Below are positions 48,951 to 63,073 of a stretch of 64,000 bases of DNA, piece by piece (positions within the stretch are counted from its first letter, which is position 1; each line of letters starts with the position of its first letter). Source of the stretch: Malacoraja senta (lineage: Eukaryota); the NCBI GenBank assembly GCA_038087875.1, contig CM075983.1, positions 49,662,001 through 49,726,000 on the forward strand, written 5' to 3'. A model generated the notes under the pieces. It was not told the DNA's origin. It did no database searches and worked only from the letters and a program-made list of their open reading frames with translations. Position numbers and translations under genes: made by a program.

Positions 48951-49592
48951 AGATGCTGTCTGTGTGGAGTTTGTATGTTCTCCCTATGGCTGTGTAGGTT
49001 TCCTCCCACATTCCAAACACATGCAGGTTTGTAGGATAATTGGCTTCTGTAAATTGCTCCTAGCTTGTAGGATAACATAGAAATAGTGTATGGGTGATCG
49101 GTGGGCTGAAGGGCCTGTTTCCAAACTGTATCTCTAAAAAAATAAATTCCACTACTCTTGCATTCAAAAACTTTTAATAAAAATGAGCATATAATTTGCC
49201 TATCTAACTACTTTCTGCATGTTATTTATTGGTCAAATTTTTGTATGCATGTCCACAACACCAATATTTATGATAATTATTGAGGGGCACTGCATTTGCC
49301 CCTCTATGCTGGATAAGTAGCAAATGTTAACCTCGCCAGACAAAAAGATTAGAACTTGGTTGTTCAGAAACCTGATTAACTTTGACAGCTAGGCTTCTGG
49401 TGCTATATCCCTCCAGAAATGGATAGCTAGAGCAATGGCAGATGGAATTTAATCCTGATAAGTGAGAGATGAAGGATTTTGAATTGACACTTTATGTCCA
49501 AAATTATGTGAGAAATAGGAGAAGCGTCTTCACTTTAATTATAATTTCTTAACAATCTCAAGCTTTTTATTTAAAACTATGAATCTTCTTAC

Positions 49593-49709
49593 CTCCAAGC
49601 GTCATTCCTGCTGCAAAGCACTTTCTCAGGCGACATGATGGACAGTTTTTTCTCCGTACTTTATCAATAGTGCAATCATTCCTGCTGGCACACAGAAACT
49701 TGTGTTTTC
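49593..49709 (-). CDS. AR: Androgen receptor coding exon: second zinc finger of the DNA-binding domain (orthologue of human exon 3), 117 bp, phase 1-1
   Basis: Minus strand reads ttctctcctag|GAAAACAC...ATGACGCTTGGAG|gtaag. Translation is (G)[38 protein letters not shown], matching human [41 protein letters not shown]. The AR-type D-box (CASRNDC) and 117-bp length are conserved. Not in the supplied ORF track. Confidence 0.97.
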
Positions 49710-50657
49710 CTAGGAGAGAAATAATTACATGGAGAAGTTTAAATGGAAGTTTGAATGAAAGTCAACAACTCTGGGAACAAGTGATAAAAATACATTAAGA
49801 TACAACTGGGCAGGAAAATTTGTTGTCAGTGGAAAACAAAGCAATTATGCTGGAAATTCACCACATACCTGTATGTCAAGAGTCAAGCAGTTAATGATTC
49901 CGGCTGAAGTCCTGCTGCTAGGTTATCAACCTGAAACATTAACTTTTCCCCTCTCAGTTTAAGAATAAGGGGTTTAAGAATTTAGAACGCAGATAAGGAA
50001 AAACTTTTTCACACAAAGAGTTGTGAGTGTGGAATTCTCTGCCTCAGAAGGTGGTGAAGGCCGGTTCTCTGGATGCTTTCAAGAGAGAGTTAGATGGAGC
50101 TCTTAAAGATAGCGTAATCAGGGGATATGGGGAGAAGGCAGGATCTGAGTACTGATTGTGGATCATCAACCATGATCACAGTGAATGGCGGTGCTGGCTC
50201 GAAAGGCCGAATGGCCTACTCCTGCACCTATTGTCTATTATCTGAGCTGGATTGCTGCACAATTGATGTTAATATCCGAAAAGAATCTTTGAGTACCCGT
50301 ATAAGGATTTACTGTGAGGGAAGTGGCACAGGTCAATTCGGCAACAGCCTTTGACCTCTGGCATTGGTGTCAGCTGAAGTGGAATGTTGGTGGCTGTGAA
50401 CAGTCCGTGAGGTCATCTCCCATGGTCTCGGAAAAGTCCGCAAGTTTCATGGTCAGTTGGGAAGTGGGACATGGCGATCTCAGAGCAGGGCTCTGGAATG
50501 TAACGGCTCTTTATCTGCTGCCCCAGAACAGGATCTTATTTACAATTGTTTCACTCTTTTATTTGTGTGTGATTGTACTCATGTGTAGTATAATTTGATT
50601 GGATAGCAAGCTTTTCAGTGTAACTCAGTACGCATGAGAATAATAACTAAACTAAAG

Positions 50658-53306
50658 CAGGGCTCGAAATTAGCGGTTGCATGGGTGCCAATGGCCACCC
50701 AAAGTGCCGCCAGGCAACTTAGATGCCGAGTCATTTTGCCCGGCTTGGCACTGCAGATACTGGTTTATACTGAAGTAGATACAAAAAACTGGAGTAACTC
50801 AGGGGTCACGCAACATCTCTGGAGAAAAGGAATGTGACGTTTCGTGTCGGCGGCAACAACGGCTGTAGTGCAGGGCAAAGATACTAGGTGCGGGGTGACG
50901 GAGGGTCGCAGCGAATGACGGGCCCCGCACAGCGGCAACGACAGCGGCTCCACCTCCTCCTCCCGCACCTCGCCCGCCCTGATAGCGGCCGCTGCTTGCC
51001 ACTCTGCCAACGGCGATAACCGATTTCAAAACAAACCCTCCCGCACGCGAGGCCTCCTTCTGCCGTCTGAAGCACCTGCACCGCTCGGCCCCGTACCTTC
51101 CTGTTGGCTGGACAGGGACGGCCAAGGCAGCGGGGCGATGATGCCGGTGTTGTCCGAGGAGCGCTGACCTTCCTTCCTCCCCACCTCCCCCCCTCTCTCT
51201 CTCTCTTGTACGCCCCCCTCCACCCCCCTTATCCTGAGACCCCTCCTCTCCATCCCGCACTGATCCCCATTGCCGCCTTTATTCAGTCCTCACTGACATC
51301 TCCTGTGCTCCCCTCCCCCCATCTATTCATCCTGCACTGATCACCCTATCCACCTCGCATTGATTCTCCTGCCACTCCCCATCCATCCAACACTGGTCCC
51401 CCAATTCATCCTGTACTGACCCCCCTTCCCATCCATCCTGCACTGCTCCCCACATCCATCCTGTACTGAACCCCCAATTCATCCCGTACTGCCCCCCTCC
51501 ATTTATCCTGCACCGATCCCCCCATCCATCATGTAGTGATCTCCCCATTCATCTTTTACTGATCCCCCATTCATCCTGTACTGATCCCCCATCCATCCTG
51601 TAGCGATCCTCCCATTCATTCTGCACAGACCCTCCGATCCACACTGTACTGACCCCCCCATTCATCCTGCGCTGATCCCCCCCATTCATCCTGCGGTGAC
51701 CCCCGCCATCCATCCTATACTGATCCCCCCATTCAAGAAGAATGGGGGGATCAGTCTGAAGGGTCTCGACCCGAAACGTTGCCTCATAGATGCTGCCTCA
51801 CCCGCTGAGTTTCTCCAGCATTTTTGTCTATCCCCATTCATCCTGTACTGATCCACCCATTCGTCCTGTACTGATCCCCCCCATCCATCCTGCAGATCCC
51901 CCCCGTCCTAATCCCCCCATTCAACCCCACTGACATCCCCCGCGCTCTCCCCTCACAATTTTACCTACTCCAACCAACACGCACTAATTCCCCTGCCTCA
52001 ATCCATCCATTCCGCACCGATTGCCTTCTCACCCCCCCTCCCCCCCTGCCATCTATCCACCCCGCACTGATTCACACCCCCCCCCCCCTTGACCCTATTG
52101 TGCTGGAAATGTCTTCAGAGCGAACATTGACTATGTTTGATAACGGAATGCAATCAAATGTGTTTATATTCCCAATGTTATTATTTGTTTTACTCCATAA
52201 AGATGGATTAATTAAATTGTGAACACGTGAAACAAATTGTGAACACGTGAAACCGCAGTGTTCGATTGTCACTGCTACCGTTGACACGTTAATACAGAAT
52301 TCATTTTAATGGCAAATCAATGCTCTTAATATGGAGTATCAGTACTCCATTTATTTAATGAGCAATATTCACAACTATACGTTAGATTTATCCAGGTTTT
52401 ACTTCTACAGTCGGTCATATACATCACAAATTTGGTCAGGAAATATTTCAGTTGAAATTTTAACGTTAATTCTAAAGTGGGAATGATGGAAACAGCGTTT
52501 ATCAATAATTTTTAAAAAATCTGGTGCGTACAAACTGGGTATCTTCATTGCTGTTCACACACATACATCTAATCTGAATGTCCGGTAATGTGGCGTTTTG
52601 ACACCTTTAAACATATTACCGAAAGAACATTTGCTGCAGTTATGTCCTTTGGCCATCTCTTGTCAGTTAGTGTAATGTTTAACCTGTCAGATGGGTATAG
52701 TCGGTTTTAACAGCTATTATCATAAAATGTCTTTAGAAATTTCCTTGCAACCTGTATATTTTGTTATGGATAAATTATGTGGGAAGCGAGTGTTTCTGTA
52801 CCAATAGCAATAACGGCCCATGCTATGGTCATGTCATGATAATTTTCGGTCCTTCACAGAAAACATGCTTGCATCAATTTGTAGTGTGCAGGGTTAAGCA
52901 TATATGTTACCATGGTCCAGGATTTATTGACACAGGTTGATCATACGCTGAATAATCCAACCACATTTTTGTTTGGAAGTGGAAAGAACTAATAGAAATT
53001 GCATTAATTGCAATGTGTAAAAAGAGTTGAGATACTGTATTATAATTTTGCTGCATGTCATTGTGGTATATATCATGTCTTGATTGATGAATATGTTTAG
53101 TTTGTGACTTTATTTGAAGCATAAATAATATGTGAATGCTTCATTGAGCATAATTGCCACTGGTAACTACGCACTTCGTCCGAGCACATTATCGCACGCG
53201 TCATGCAAGCCGTCTTAAATGACCACTAAACTGTCATTTGGCAACCTAAAAAGCTGCCTAGGTTGCCCGGCTGGCAACAAGGAAAAAAAGTTAAGTGAGA
53301 GCCCTT
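50658..53306. mobile_element. hAT-like non-autonomous DNA element
   Basis: CAGGGCTC...GAGCCCT(T) ends and subterminal ggttgcc/ggcaac motifs at both ends. No clean 8-bp TSD seen. Confidence 0.55.
51320..51920 (+). repeat. ~22-bp minisatellite (ccccattcatcctgtactgatc)
   Basis: More than 20 degenerate copies, interrupted by a Penelope-like pseudo-LTR at ~51735-51830. Confidence 0.9.
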
Positions 53307-54959
53307 TAAAGGAAATTCAGAATGTCAAATCAGGACATTTCAATGGCATACATATTAATGAGTGATTTTTTTGTTTATTCATTCGGGGAATGTGGACACC
53401 TATCATTTTCATTAGTAATCAACCACGATGGTGAGAATGCAAACATGTAGGCCAGGTAAGACCAGAAATGATGACCGATTTCTTTCCCTGGTGGATATAG
53501 TGAGCTAAATGTGGCTGAACAACAATCTGACAATGTTATGGCTACTCTTAGAGAGACTAATCTTTCCTACCACCATTCTTGTTTAACTTAATTACTTGAA
53601 TTTAAATTCCCAGGCTGCCAGAGTGAGGTTCAAATTCATGAGTCTGAAGCTCTTGCTGTAAGTCCAGTAACTTAACCACTGCTTCTGTAGCAGGAACTGC
53701 ACAAATGCATCACACCTGGGGTGTAAATAATAAATTGATTGTAGCAAAATTTGTAGAAAAGATTGTAGCAGAATGTAACATTTCAAAACATATTTATTTT
53801 AAAATTATTTTCTAATTCAAGTTGACATACAATTCAAAACCCAAACGACAAGATTATACTTTCCCACATTTCTTGAAGAGAATATAAATGCTGACAATGC
53901 ATTAATATTTAGATTACTAATAGTGTAAAGAGTGCATCTGATGGATTATTTATAATTCATCGAAAAGTCTGATTGAAGTTCCAGCCAGTTTTGTGTTCCA
54001 AAAGTAATTCTAAGAAAATAAATATTAAACCATGCAATGTATTGCTCTGAATTCAGCAAAAATGAAAAATGGATTGCTCTGAATTCAGTAAGTCACCAAC
54101 AAAAATAAATATTCCTATCATGAACAAATATTTTTATTTGTAATACTTAATCAGGAGCATATTTTTCTTTGCTTTATCAAGATTTTCTAAACTTGTCTAT
54201 AAGAGAGGCACAGTTCTTTATGAACCTTCACACATCAGAAATAAGGTTCTACTTCTACTAAAGTGTGGTGGTGGAGGTGAGTATGAATGGAACTTATGAA
54301 TGACCTAAGTCAGGTTAAGGATCTTTTTTATTTTTTAAAGTCAGAATGAATAGCATAGATTACTCACTCAAAATTGCAAAACAAGATTGAACGGGTAGCT
54401 AAATTTATGTTTTGCCGAACACATGCTCTGTCCACCAAGGCCTGCTGGATCTCCTGGTTGCTAACCATTTTAACTCCCCTTCCCATTACCATACTGACCT
54501 GTCTGTCCTGGGCCTCCTCCATTGCAGAGTAAGGCCACGTGGAAACTGGAGGAACAACACCTCATATACCTCTAGGGTAGTTTACAACCCAATTGCATTG
54601 AATTGAATTCTCCAATTTTAGGTAACTACGTAACCCTCCCTATCTTGCTTCTTCCGTCATACACACTCCCTGCTCTCCTCCCCTGCCTCACCTGGATGTG
54701 CACCTATTTATACCGTCCCCTCCACATTCCTTCACAAAAAAAAGAGGGAGGAGAGGGATGTCATCTAAAAGCTGGAACATCTGAGCAGCTTTCTGCTTTT
54801 TAATAGCCAGTTCTGTTTTCTTTTAATCAACAATTTCAGGTTTAATGTGCTCTGAATATGCCCACCATTTGTTTTTATATTTTTCAGAGACTATAAATCT
54901 CTCAGAAAAAGTTATTCTGGTCATTAATTCTCTGGTATTCATCATCAAGCAATTGAGAC

Positions 54960-57950
54960 ATTGAGTCACACAATGTGGAAATAGGCCCTTCGGCCCAACT
55001 TGCCCACACTTGCCAACATCTCCTATCTACACTGGCCTACGTTTGGCCCATATCCCTCTAAACCTGTCCTATCCATGTACCTGTCTAATTACTTCTTAAA
55101 CGTTGCGATAGACCCTGCCCCAACTATCGCCGCTGGCATACACCCACCACCTTTTGCATGACAAAGTTACCCTCCTATAAATTCTCATAAAATGTTTACC
55201 CCTTCACCCTTTAGTTCTCTTTTCCCCCTCTCTGGGCAAGAGACACTGTGTGTCCACCCAATCTATTCCTCGTGATTTTGTACACCTCCATAAGATCACT
55301 CCTCATCCTCCTACGCTCCAAGGAATAGAGTCCTAACCTGCTTTCCCTACAGCTCAGGCACTCGAGTCCTGGCAACATCCTTGAATATCTTCTCTGCATC
55401 CTAACCAACTTGACAACATCTTTCCTATAACATGGTGCCCAGAACTGAACACAATACTCTAAATGCAGTCTCACTAACGTCTAATATAACTGCTACATGA
55501 CCTTCCAACTTCTATACTTAACACGCTGACTGAAGGCCAATCTGCAATACCACCCACTTTTGTATCATCTGCAAATTTGCTAATCTTGCCATGTATTCTC
55601 ATCCAAATTAATGATATAGATAACAAACAGTGATGGGCCAGCACTGAACCCTGAGGCACACAGCCAGCCTCCAGTCCGAGAAGCAACCTTCAACCATCAC
55701 GCTCTGCTTCCATCCATGAAAGCAATTTTCTATACATTCAGCTATTTCTCATTGGATCCAAAGCGATCTAACCTTCCAGAGCAACCTATCATGTGGAACC
55801 TTGTTGAATGCTTTGCTGAAATCCAAAATCCATATATACAATGCCCTCCATAATGTTTGGGACAAAGACCCATCATTTATTTATTTGCTTCTGTGTGAGA
55901 ATTGTAATAGAAAATTTCACATGTGGTTAAAATGCATATTGTCAGATTTTAATAAAGGTTATTTTTATACATTTTGGTTTCACTGTGTAGAAATTACAGC
56001 AGTGTTTATACATAGTCCCCCCGCATTTCAGGGCACCACAATGTTTGGAACACAGCAATGTCATGTAAATGAAAGTAGTCATGTTTAGTATTTGGTTGCA
56101 TATCCTTTGCATACAATGACTGCTTGAAGTTTGTGATTCATGAACATCACCAGTTGCTGGGTTTCTTCTCTGGTGATGCTCTGCCAGACTTGTATTGCAG
56201 TCATCTTTACCTTATGCTTGTTTTGGGGGCTAGTTCCCTTCAGTTTTCTCTTCAACATATAAAAAGGCATGCGCATTTGGGTTCAGATCGGGGTGATTGA
56301 CTTGCCACTCAAGAATTGACAATTTTTAGCTTTGAAAATTTCTTTGTTGCTTTAGCAGTATGTTTGGGATTATTGTCTTGCTGTAGAATGAACCACCGGC
56401 CAATGAGTTTTGAACTTGAACTTGAGCAGATAGGATGTGTCTATACACTTCAGAATTCATTATGCTACTACCATCAGCAGTTGTATCATCAATGAAGATA
56501 AGTGAGCCAGTACCTTCAGCAGCCATACATGCCCAGGCCATAACACCCCCACCCACCGTGTTTCACAGATGAGGTGGTATGCTTTGGATCTTGGGTAGTT
56601 CCCTTCTCTCCTCCATATTTTGGTCTTGCCATCACTCTGATATAAGTTAATCTTCGTCTCATCTGTCCACAAGACCTTTTTCCAGAACTGTGGTTGCTCT
56701 TTTAAGTACTTTCTTGGCAAACTGTAACCTGGCTATTCCTATTTTTGCAGATAACCAGTGGTTTGCATCTTGTAGTGTAGCCTCTGTATTTCTGTTCATG
56801 AAGTCTTCTGCGGACAGTGGTCATTGACAAATCCACACCTGACTCCTGAAGAGTGTTTCTGATCTGTCGGACAGGTGTTTGGGGATTTTTCTTTATTATA
56901 GAGAGAATTCTTCTGACATCAGCTGTGGAGCTGTGGCCTGCCAGTCCCTTTGCGATTAGTACGCTCAACAGGGCTCTCTTTTTTCTTAATGATGTTCAAA
57001 AACAGTTGATTTTGGTAAGCCTAATGTTTTGGCTGATGTCTCTAACAGTTTTATTCTTGTTTCTCAGTCACATAATGGCTTATTTGACTTTCATTGGCAC
57101 AACTTTGGTCCTCATGTTGATAAACAGCAACAAAAGTTTCCAAAGATGGAAAGACTGGAGGAAAGATTAGTGCTGAGAGCTCTCTTATACCTGCATTAAG
57201 GAGGCAATTAAACACACCTGAGCAATTACAAAGGTAGACAAAAATGCTGGAGAAACTCAGCGGTGAAGCAGCATCGATGGAGCAAATGAATTAAACACAT
57301 CTGAGCAATTACAAACGCCTGTGAAGCCACGTATCCTAAACATTATGGTGCCCTGAAATATGGGGGTGGGGGGGGACTATGTATAAACACTGCTGTAATT
57401 TCTAAATGGTGAAACCAAAATGTATAAAAATGGCCTTTAATAAAATCTGACAATGTGCATTTGCACTTTAACCACATGCGATTTTTTCTTTTACAGATCT
57501 CAAATTGTGGAGTACAGAGGCAAATAAATAAATGATGGGTCTTTGTCCCAAACATTATAGAGGGCATTCTACATCTACAGATCTGCCCTCATCAAACTTT
57601 TTGGTCACTTAAAAAAAACCAACACGTGAGAAACGACCTCCCACGTACAAAACCATGCTGACTATCCCTAATCAGCCATTGTCCATCTAAATGCATGTAT
57701 ATCCTATCTCTCCAGTAACTTTCCAATTACAGATGTTAAGTTTACAGGCCTATAGTTTCCAGCCCTTTCCCTGCAGCTCTTCTTGAGTAGAGGCACATTT
57801 GCCACCCTCCAGTCCTCCAGCACTTTGCCTGTATTTAATGACGACTCGTAAATTTCAGGCAGGGCTTTTGCAATTTTCTCTCTAGTTTTCCACAGTGCCC
57901 TTGCATATATCTGAACCTGCCCAAGATATTTGTCTACCTTTGTACATTTG
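54960..57950 (-). mobile_element. CR1-like LINE (3' part), interrupted by a Tc1 copy
   Basis: ORF fragments EDWRVANV..NYRPVNLTSVIGKLLE, VPQGSVL..SKFADDTKVGG, and HLEYCVQFWAP.YRKD. Confidence 0.9.
55839..57569 (-). mobile_element. Tc1-family transposon, same family and orientation as 4934-6462, defective
   Basis: TA|CAATGCCCTCCATAATGTTTGGGACAAAGACC...CCCAAACATTATAGAGGGCATTC|TA; fragments KKVLWTDETKINL and GGGVMAWACMAA. A short pseudo-LTR insert at ~57233-57288 is flanked by a ~27-bp repeat. Confidence 0.93.
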
Positions 57951-58869
57951 CTCATTCCTCACCAGCGAGACCAAGTTGATTTTGGAACATTCGCATTTAC
58001 TCAAATAATGCTTATATATTTCTATTCTACTGCTGTTTGATTATGATGGAAAAACATTAGAAATCAAATTGCAAAGCAAAATAATTCAGTCTTTGTGTGT
58101 GATTGTTAATAAAGATCAGCAATAATAAATATTTGCTTACGAATCAAGGAAAAAAAATCAGAATTTCTATAAAGTTGATAACAACTTTGGAACAATACCA
58201 TTTCAACACCACTGAATGGAAATAGCTTCAGCCTGATCTTTAAAATGAATTTTAATTTTTTGTGTACAGTTTAATGTAAAAATGTGATTGTGTGAAAACT
58301 TTTATTTATACGTACTATGAGTATAATTAAAATGTTATAGATCTGTGAGTCACTGTTGTAAAATAGGACAGTTATGTCATATATAACAATTGTCTAACTG
58401 TCAAAGTTTTCTGAATAGTTATAAGTTCAAGATGATTAACCAGAAGCATCTGCATCTAAAAACAGAAAAGCTGGAAACATTCAACAGGTCAGGCAGCATT
58501 TGTGGAAAGAGAGTGTCGATGGTGTCTTCCACATTGAACGCCACCACCAAATGGTCTTCAACCTAAAATGTCAAGTCAACTTTTTCATAGATGTTGCCTT
58601 TTCAATGTTTCCAGCTTGGTTCTACTTCAGATTCCCAGCATATGGAAGTGGTTCTGCCTTTGCGAACTGACATGCATTTCCAGTTTTATTGCAGATCTCC
58701 AGAATCCCTATTTTTTATTATATTTTTGCAAAATATGATGATCTTCTGTACTATCAATCAGGCATTTTAAAATTTATTCTAAAATAACTTTATTTAGCAT
58801 TAAATTTCGATGTAGGCATCATATTTATGTTGTATGGTGGAAATTCAAAAATCTTTTTGCAGTGTTGAA

Positions 58870-59910
58870 TTAAGTAGGTATGTTACAATACTTACCTTCA
58901 GCGGCGCTACAATTCTGCCACTGGCCGTGTGTGCGATTTTGGCGCCTTTGAGGGAGGGGGCGGGGTTAAAACGCGGGTTTCTCCTACCTTGTCCTGTATT
59001 ATATTTCGTTGGAGTGCAAGCTTTTGCTGAAGAATCGTTCCGACGGGCGTTCTGTGTATTTTGTTTTAAAAATCCCCCGATAAGTTCAGCGCTGGAGTTA
59101 TTTAAAAAATCAGCTTCTAAAGCCGTCAACGGGGACGGATTTCACGCACGGGACAGGTAAACGAAAGCCGTTATTTTATGTATAAAAGTGCTCCTTAAGA
59201 TGCCTTTAATTCACATTTTAAGTTGCGAAACGGTGATTTTTCCCCCCGAACGAACCGGCAGTATTTATCATGCCGATACGGGTTTAAATTCACCGCAAAT
59301 GCAACGTTCCAATCGATCGCGTTCCAGAAAAACCCACTCGCAAGATGATTTAAATGGCCATTAATTTACAGGCCATAAACATTCAATTCCTTCCATTTGG
59401 CCTGTAAATCCATGACAATGAGATTTCAAAATTATGTTATATTGTGAATTCTTGTGTGAATGTTATTTGGACACTTAGGCTTTTTAAAAATGTTAATCTA
59501 TTCTTAAGAAATTGATAGATGTTTAGATCTAGTAATTGAATTTTGTAATTAGCTACAATTGGGTAACTAACTAATTATATGCTTTAATTTCATGTCGTCT
59601 AAGTAAGATTGTTTCATATTTGTTTCAGAATGCTTCAATCTATAATAACTGAAAATTTCTTTCAGTTCTCTTAATTTTTAAGAAAGTTATGGGCTTTTGA
59701 CTCCTCGATCACAGCTTTTGTGTTAAGTCAATGAAAAAGCAATAGGGAACAAGATGCTAATTTCCGAGTATGGAAATGGCCATAACTTTTTTAATACTGA
59801 AGATATGAAAGTGAATTAGGTGTCAAATTAAACTTCTTTTTATGCTTTATCTGATGGGATAAATTACAGACTTGATTTTTAAAATCTCAACATTTTGTAA
59901 CATTGCTAAA
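58870..59910. mobile_element. Probable non-autonomous DNA element, family unassigned
   Basis: Abrupt CpG-rich start with weak inverted ends (aggtatgttacaa / ttgtaacattgct). Confidence 0.35.
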
Positions 59911-61429
59911 GGATGTTAAAAACCACACAGTAGTATTTGACGATTATATAATTCTCCTGATATTTTCTCTCAAGTAACACTATTACAAAAAAAAAACAGG
60001 ACATTACTTCAGGATCATTTTAGAAAGAAGTTCAAAGAATGGGTACCAAATTTGGCCATACAATTCTGGAAATTGAATTGGGCAAATCTGTAATGTGTAT
60101 AACTAAAATTTGTAATATATTGTAATGTTATAATGCATGAAAAATGGGCAAGTTTGTAATATATTAGCTTACATACTAGAGAACCATGATGGGAAAAGTG
60201 GTCAAGATAATGAAGTAACCTAAAGGTCATGTTCGGAGAGGCGATAAATAGATTTAGGAAGTGCTTAAATCGCAAGTCCTTGCTTTCTTCCTCCTTCCCC
60301 TCCCCTTCCCAGCTCTCACAGCCTACTGTCTCCGCCTCTTCCTTTCTTTTTCCCGCCCCCCCCCCGACATCAGTCTGAAGAAGGGTCTCGACCCAAAACG
60401 TCGCCTATTCCTTTGCTCCATAGATGCTGCCTCACCAGCTGAGTTTCTCCAGCTTTTTTGTCTACCATTTATTTTTCCAGCATCTGCAGTTCTTTCTTAA
60501 ACAAATCGCAAGGCATAGTCAGCTGGAGTGAAGATAAACATAAGATGTTAGAACCCAGGCAGAGGGCTATATAACTGATAAGATAAGAATTGCTTTATGA
60601 CATCCATTTGCAGAACAAATGACAGAATGCTTTTCTGATCAACAAGGAGAGGCCCTAGCAGTCAGTTAGCTAGAGGTAATTCCAGCAGTAATAAAACAAA
60701 GATGAAATACTACATGGAAATGGTGATTATTGGTGAATTATTTCATAAATGTAAAATTTGCGTATACCCATTGTGTTGCCAACCATTAAATCACTACATC
60801 TTGTGAGTCAGCGAAGCACTTCGGGTCCTCTCAGAGTGGTTCCCAGTTTATACTGTTAAGGCTATGAATAAACTAACTTGTTCAAGAAACTCAACAATGC
60901 TCTACGATATTTTTTTGTGTGCTGTCGTGATCTGAGCCATAATTAAGAGAGTGATTGAGCCCCACGTAAAATCCAGATTTAGGGTCCAGGTCAAACATAC
61001 AATTCCCTCAAAATAGGCGTTCATTATTGGTGAAATATGTTTACTTACTCAAATTCGGTACATTATATTTTCTGTGCTTTGTGCACACAGCATTAAATTA
61101 AATCCTTCTCTGTTCAAACTGTTTCAGTTTCCAACTGTGTTTGCAATTTCTGTTACAAATGGCAACTTTTAGAGGTTACAGAGACAAGTTCTTACTCAAA
61201 ATATACTTTTGAGGTAGTTCTGTTATAATGTGATAGTTATGTTCCTAAGTAACCTAGTGTAATGGAAGAGCATTATAAAAATAAATGTGTCAACGGAGAA
61301 AAGGAGGCTAAGAGTTTCCGGCTCACAATAACAAACTTTTATTTATCCACAGAATATACAAAAATAAAGGTCTTTTTAACACCTACATTTATTTTTGTTA
61401 TTACAGGCTAAAAATACTAACGTCTGTAT

Positions 61430-62057
61430 GTTAGACAAAAATGCTGAAGAAACTCAGCGGGTGAGGCAGCATCTATGGAGCGAAAGAAATAGGTGGTGTT
61501 TCGGGTCGAGACCAATCTTCAGACTGATGTGTGTGTGGGGGGGGGGGGAGGGGCGAGAAGAAGGAAGAGGCGGAGACAGTGGGCTGTGGGAGAGCTGGGT
61601 AGGGGAGGGGAAAGTAGGGGAAAGCAGAGACAACCTAAAATTGGAGAAATCAATGTGTAAACTACCCAAGTGAAATATGAGGTGCTGCTCCTCCAATATA
61701 TGGTGGGCCTCACTCTAGCCATGGAGGAGGCCCAGGATAGAAAGGTCGGATTCGGAATGGGAGGGGGAGTTGAAGTGCTGGGCCACCGGGAGATCAGGTT
61801 GGTTATTGCTAACAGAGTGGAGGTGTTGGGCGAAGCGATCGCCAAGCCTACGCTTGATGTAGAGCAGCTGACACCTAGAGCAGCGAATGCAATAGATGAG
61901 GTTGGAGGAGGTGCAGGTGAACCTCTGCTGCACCTGGAACGACGGCTTGGGTCCTTGGATGGAGTCAAGGGGGGAGGTTAAGTGACAAGTGTAGCATTTC
62001 CTGCAGTTGCAAGGGAAAATGCCAGGAGAGGGGGTGGTTTGGGTGGGAAGGGACGAT
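61430..62057 (-). mobile_element. Penelope-like element 3' fragment (GIY-YIG); further fragments at ~54410-54630 and ~60275-60500
   Basis: QRFTCTSSNLIYCIRCSRCQLLYI.RRLGDRFAQH..HFNSPSH followed by the pseudo-LTR. Confidence 0.88.
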
Positions 62058-62069
62058 TTATGGGGAGAG

Positions 62070-63073
62070 AGAGAGTGAGTGAGGGAGTGAGTGAGTGAGT
62101 GTGTGTGTTTTCATGTGATTGTCATCTCCTCGAAAACCCGACGCGCTTACGGTGAGATTTTTACATATTCCGGTCGAGATTTACCTCGTGATCTTGAAAA
62201 TCCCCTCATCTGAAAATTTGATTCATTATTTCCTGAGATATTTTACTAAAATTATTCACCAATCTGACATCTTTTTAAAATCTAACGTGCTGAAGCGAGC
62301 TGGATGTCACAATGCCTTTGCTGCTCGCGGCAAGCTGCGCACTGTTTTCCAGGAGTGACGTCACCACCCTCCCCCCCCCCAAGGTTCTTCAAAAGACGCA
62401 GAAAGAACAAGCAAGCGGGCTCTGTTCTGCAGATCCCGACGGCTTTCGAAGGCGCTTCCAAGACTTTCCGAGTGTTTCAGAGGTTGACGAACGCTAGCCT
62501 CGGCACGGCTTTCCCGAGAACACCCGAGAGCTTTGGTCGACGCACTCTTACGCCTCGGCTCGGGTTTCCCGAAACTTTCCGACGCTTCAGAGGTCGACGC
62601 ACGCTGGCCTCGGCTTTCCCGAGAGCTGCCGAGAGCTTTTTACTCGAGTCGGGCCCTGTACTAGAGCTCTCTCTCTCTCTCTCCCCCTAGGCTCCCCCCC
62701 TCCTCCTCCTCTACCCCCCCTCCTCCTCCTCTCCCACCCCCTCTCTACCCCTCTCTCCTCTCCCTCTCTACCCCCCTCCCTCTCTACCACCCCCCTCCCT
62801 CTCTGCCACCCTCCCTCTCTATGGATTGAAGACAGAGGGTGAAGAGGAGAGTGCTGGGGGATGAGGAGAAATTAGCCGCACCTTGCGAGTGCGTTGTGAT
62901 GTCACTGGGTGCGCTGGAGTGCCCCTCCCTCCCGGAGTGTCCCGTCCTGCCTTGCGAGTGAATTGTGAGGTCACTCGGGGGGGAGGGGGGTCCCGAAATG
63001 GGTGAGTTTTTGGGCAGTTTTTAAAACATTAAACGATTAAAAAATACTAGACCTTGGGGTCTGCATGGTCTAG
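62070..63073 (+). mobile_element. Probable non-autonomous Helitron-like element
   Basis: Ends ...ggggtctgcatggtCTAG|T and shares the gagtgctgggggatgagg..aa.tagccg module with the other Helitron-like copies. Confidence 0.45.

Larger units (their letters stand above)
9501..49592 (-). other. AR: AR intron 3 (GT-AG), 40,092 bp as assembled, including two N-gaps and 5,445 bp added by the Hero insertion plus duplication
   Basis: Bounded by donor gtaag at 49592 and acceptor ttttcaag at 9501; the split codon G|GT gives Gly. Confidence 0.93.

Noticed and set aside
58888-58897. ATACTTACCT, identical to the 5' end of U1 snRNA
   Set aside because: No further U1 sequence follows; it is simply the complement of a splice-donor-like word within a repeat.
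62304-62690. ORF containing FFKRR, resembling the end of nuclear-receptor zinc finger 1 (possible AR exon 2)
   Set aside because: Wrong strand, none of the four cysteines or the P-box, and inside a repeat. True exon 2 appears to lie beyond 64000.
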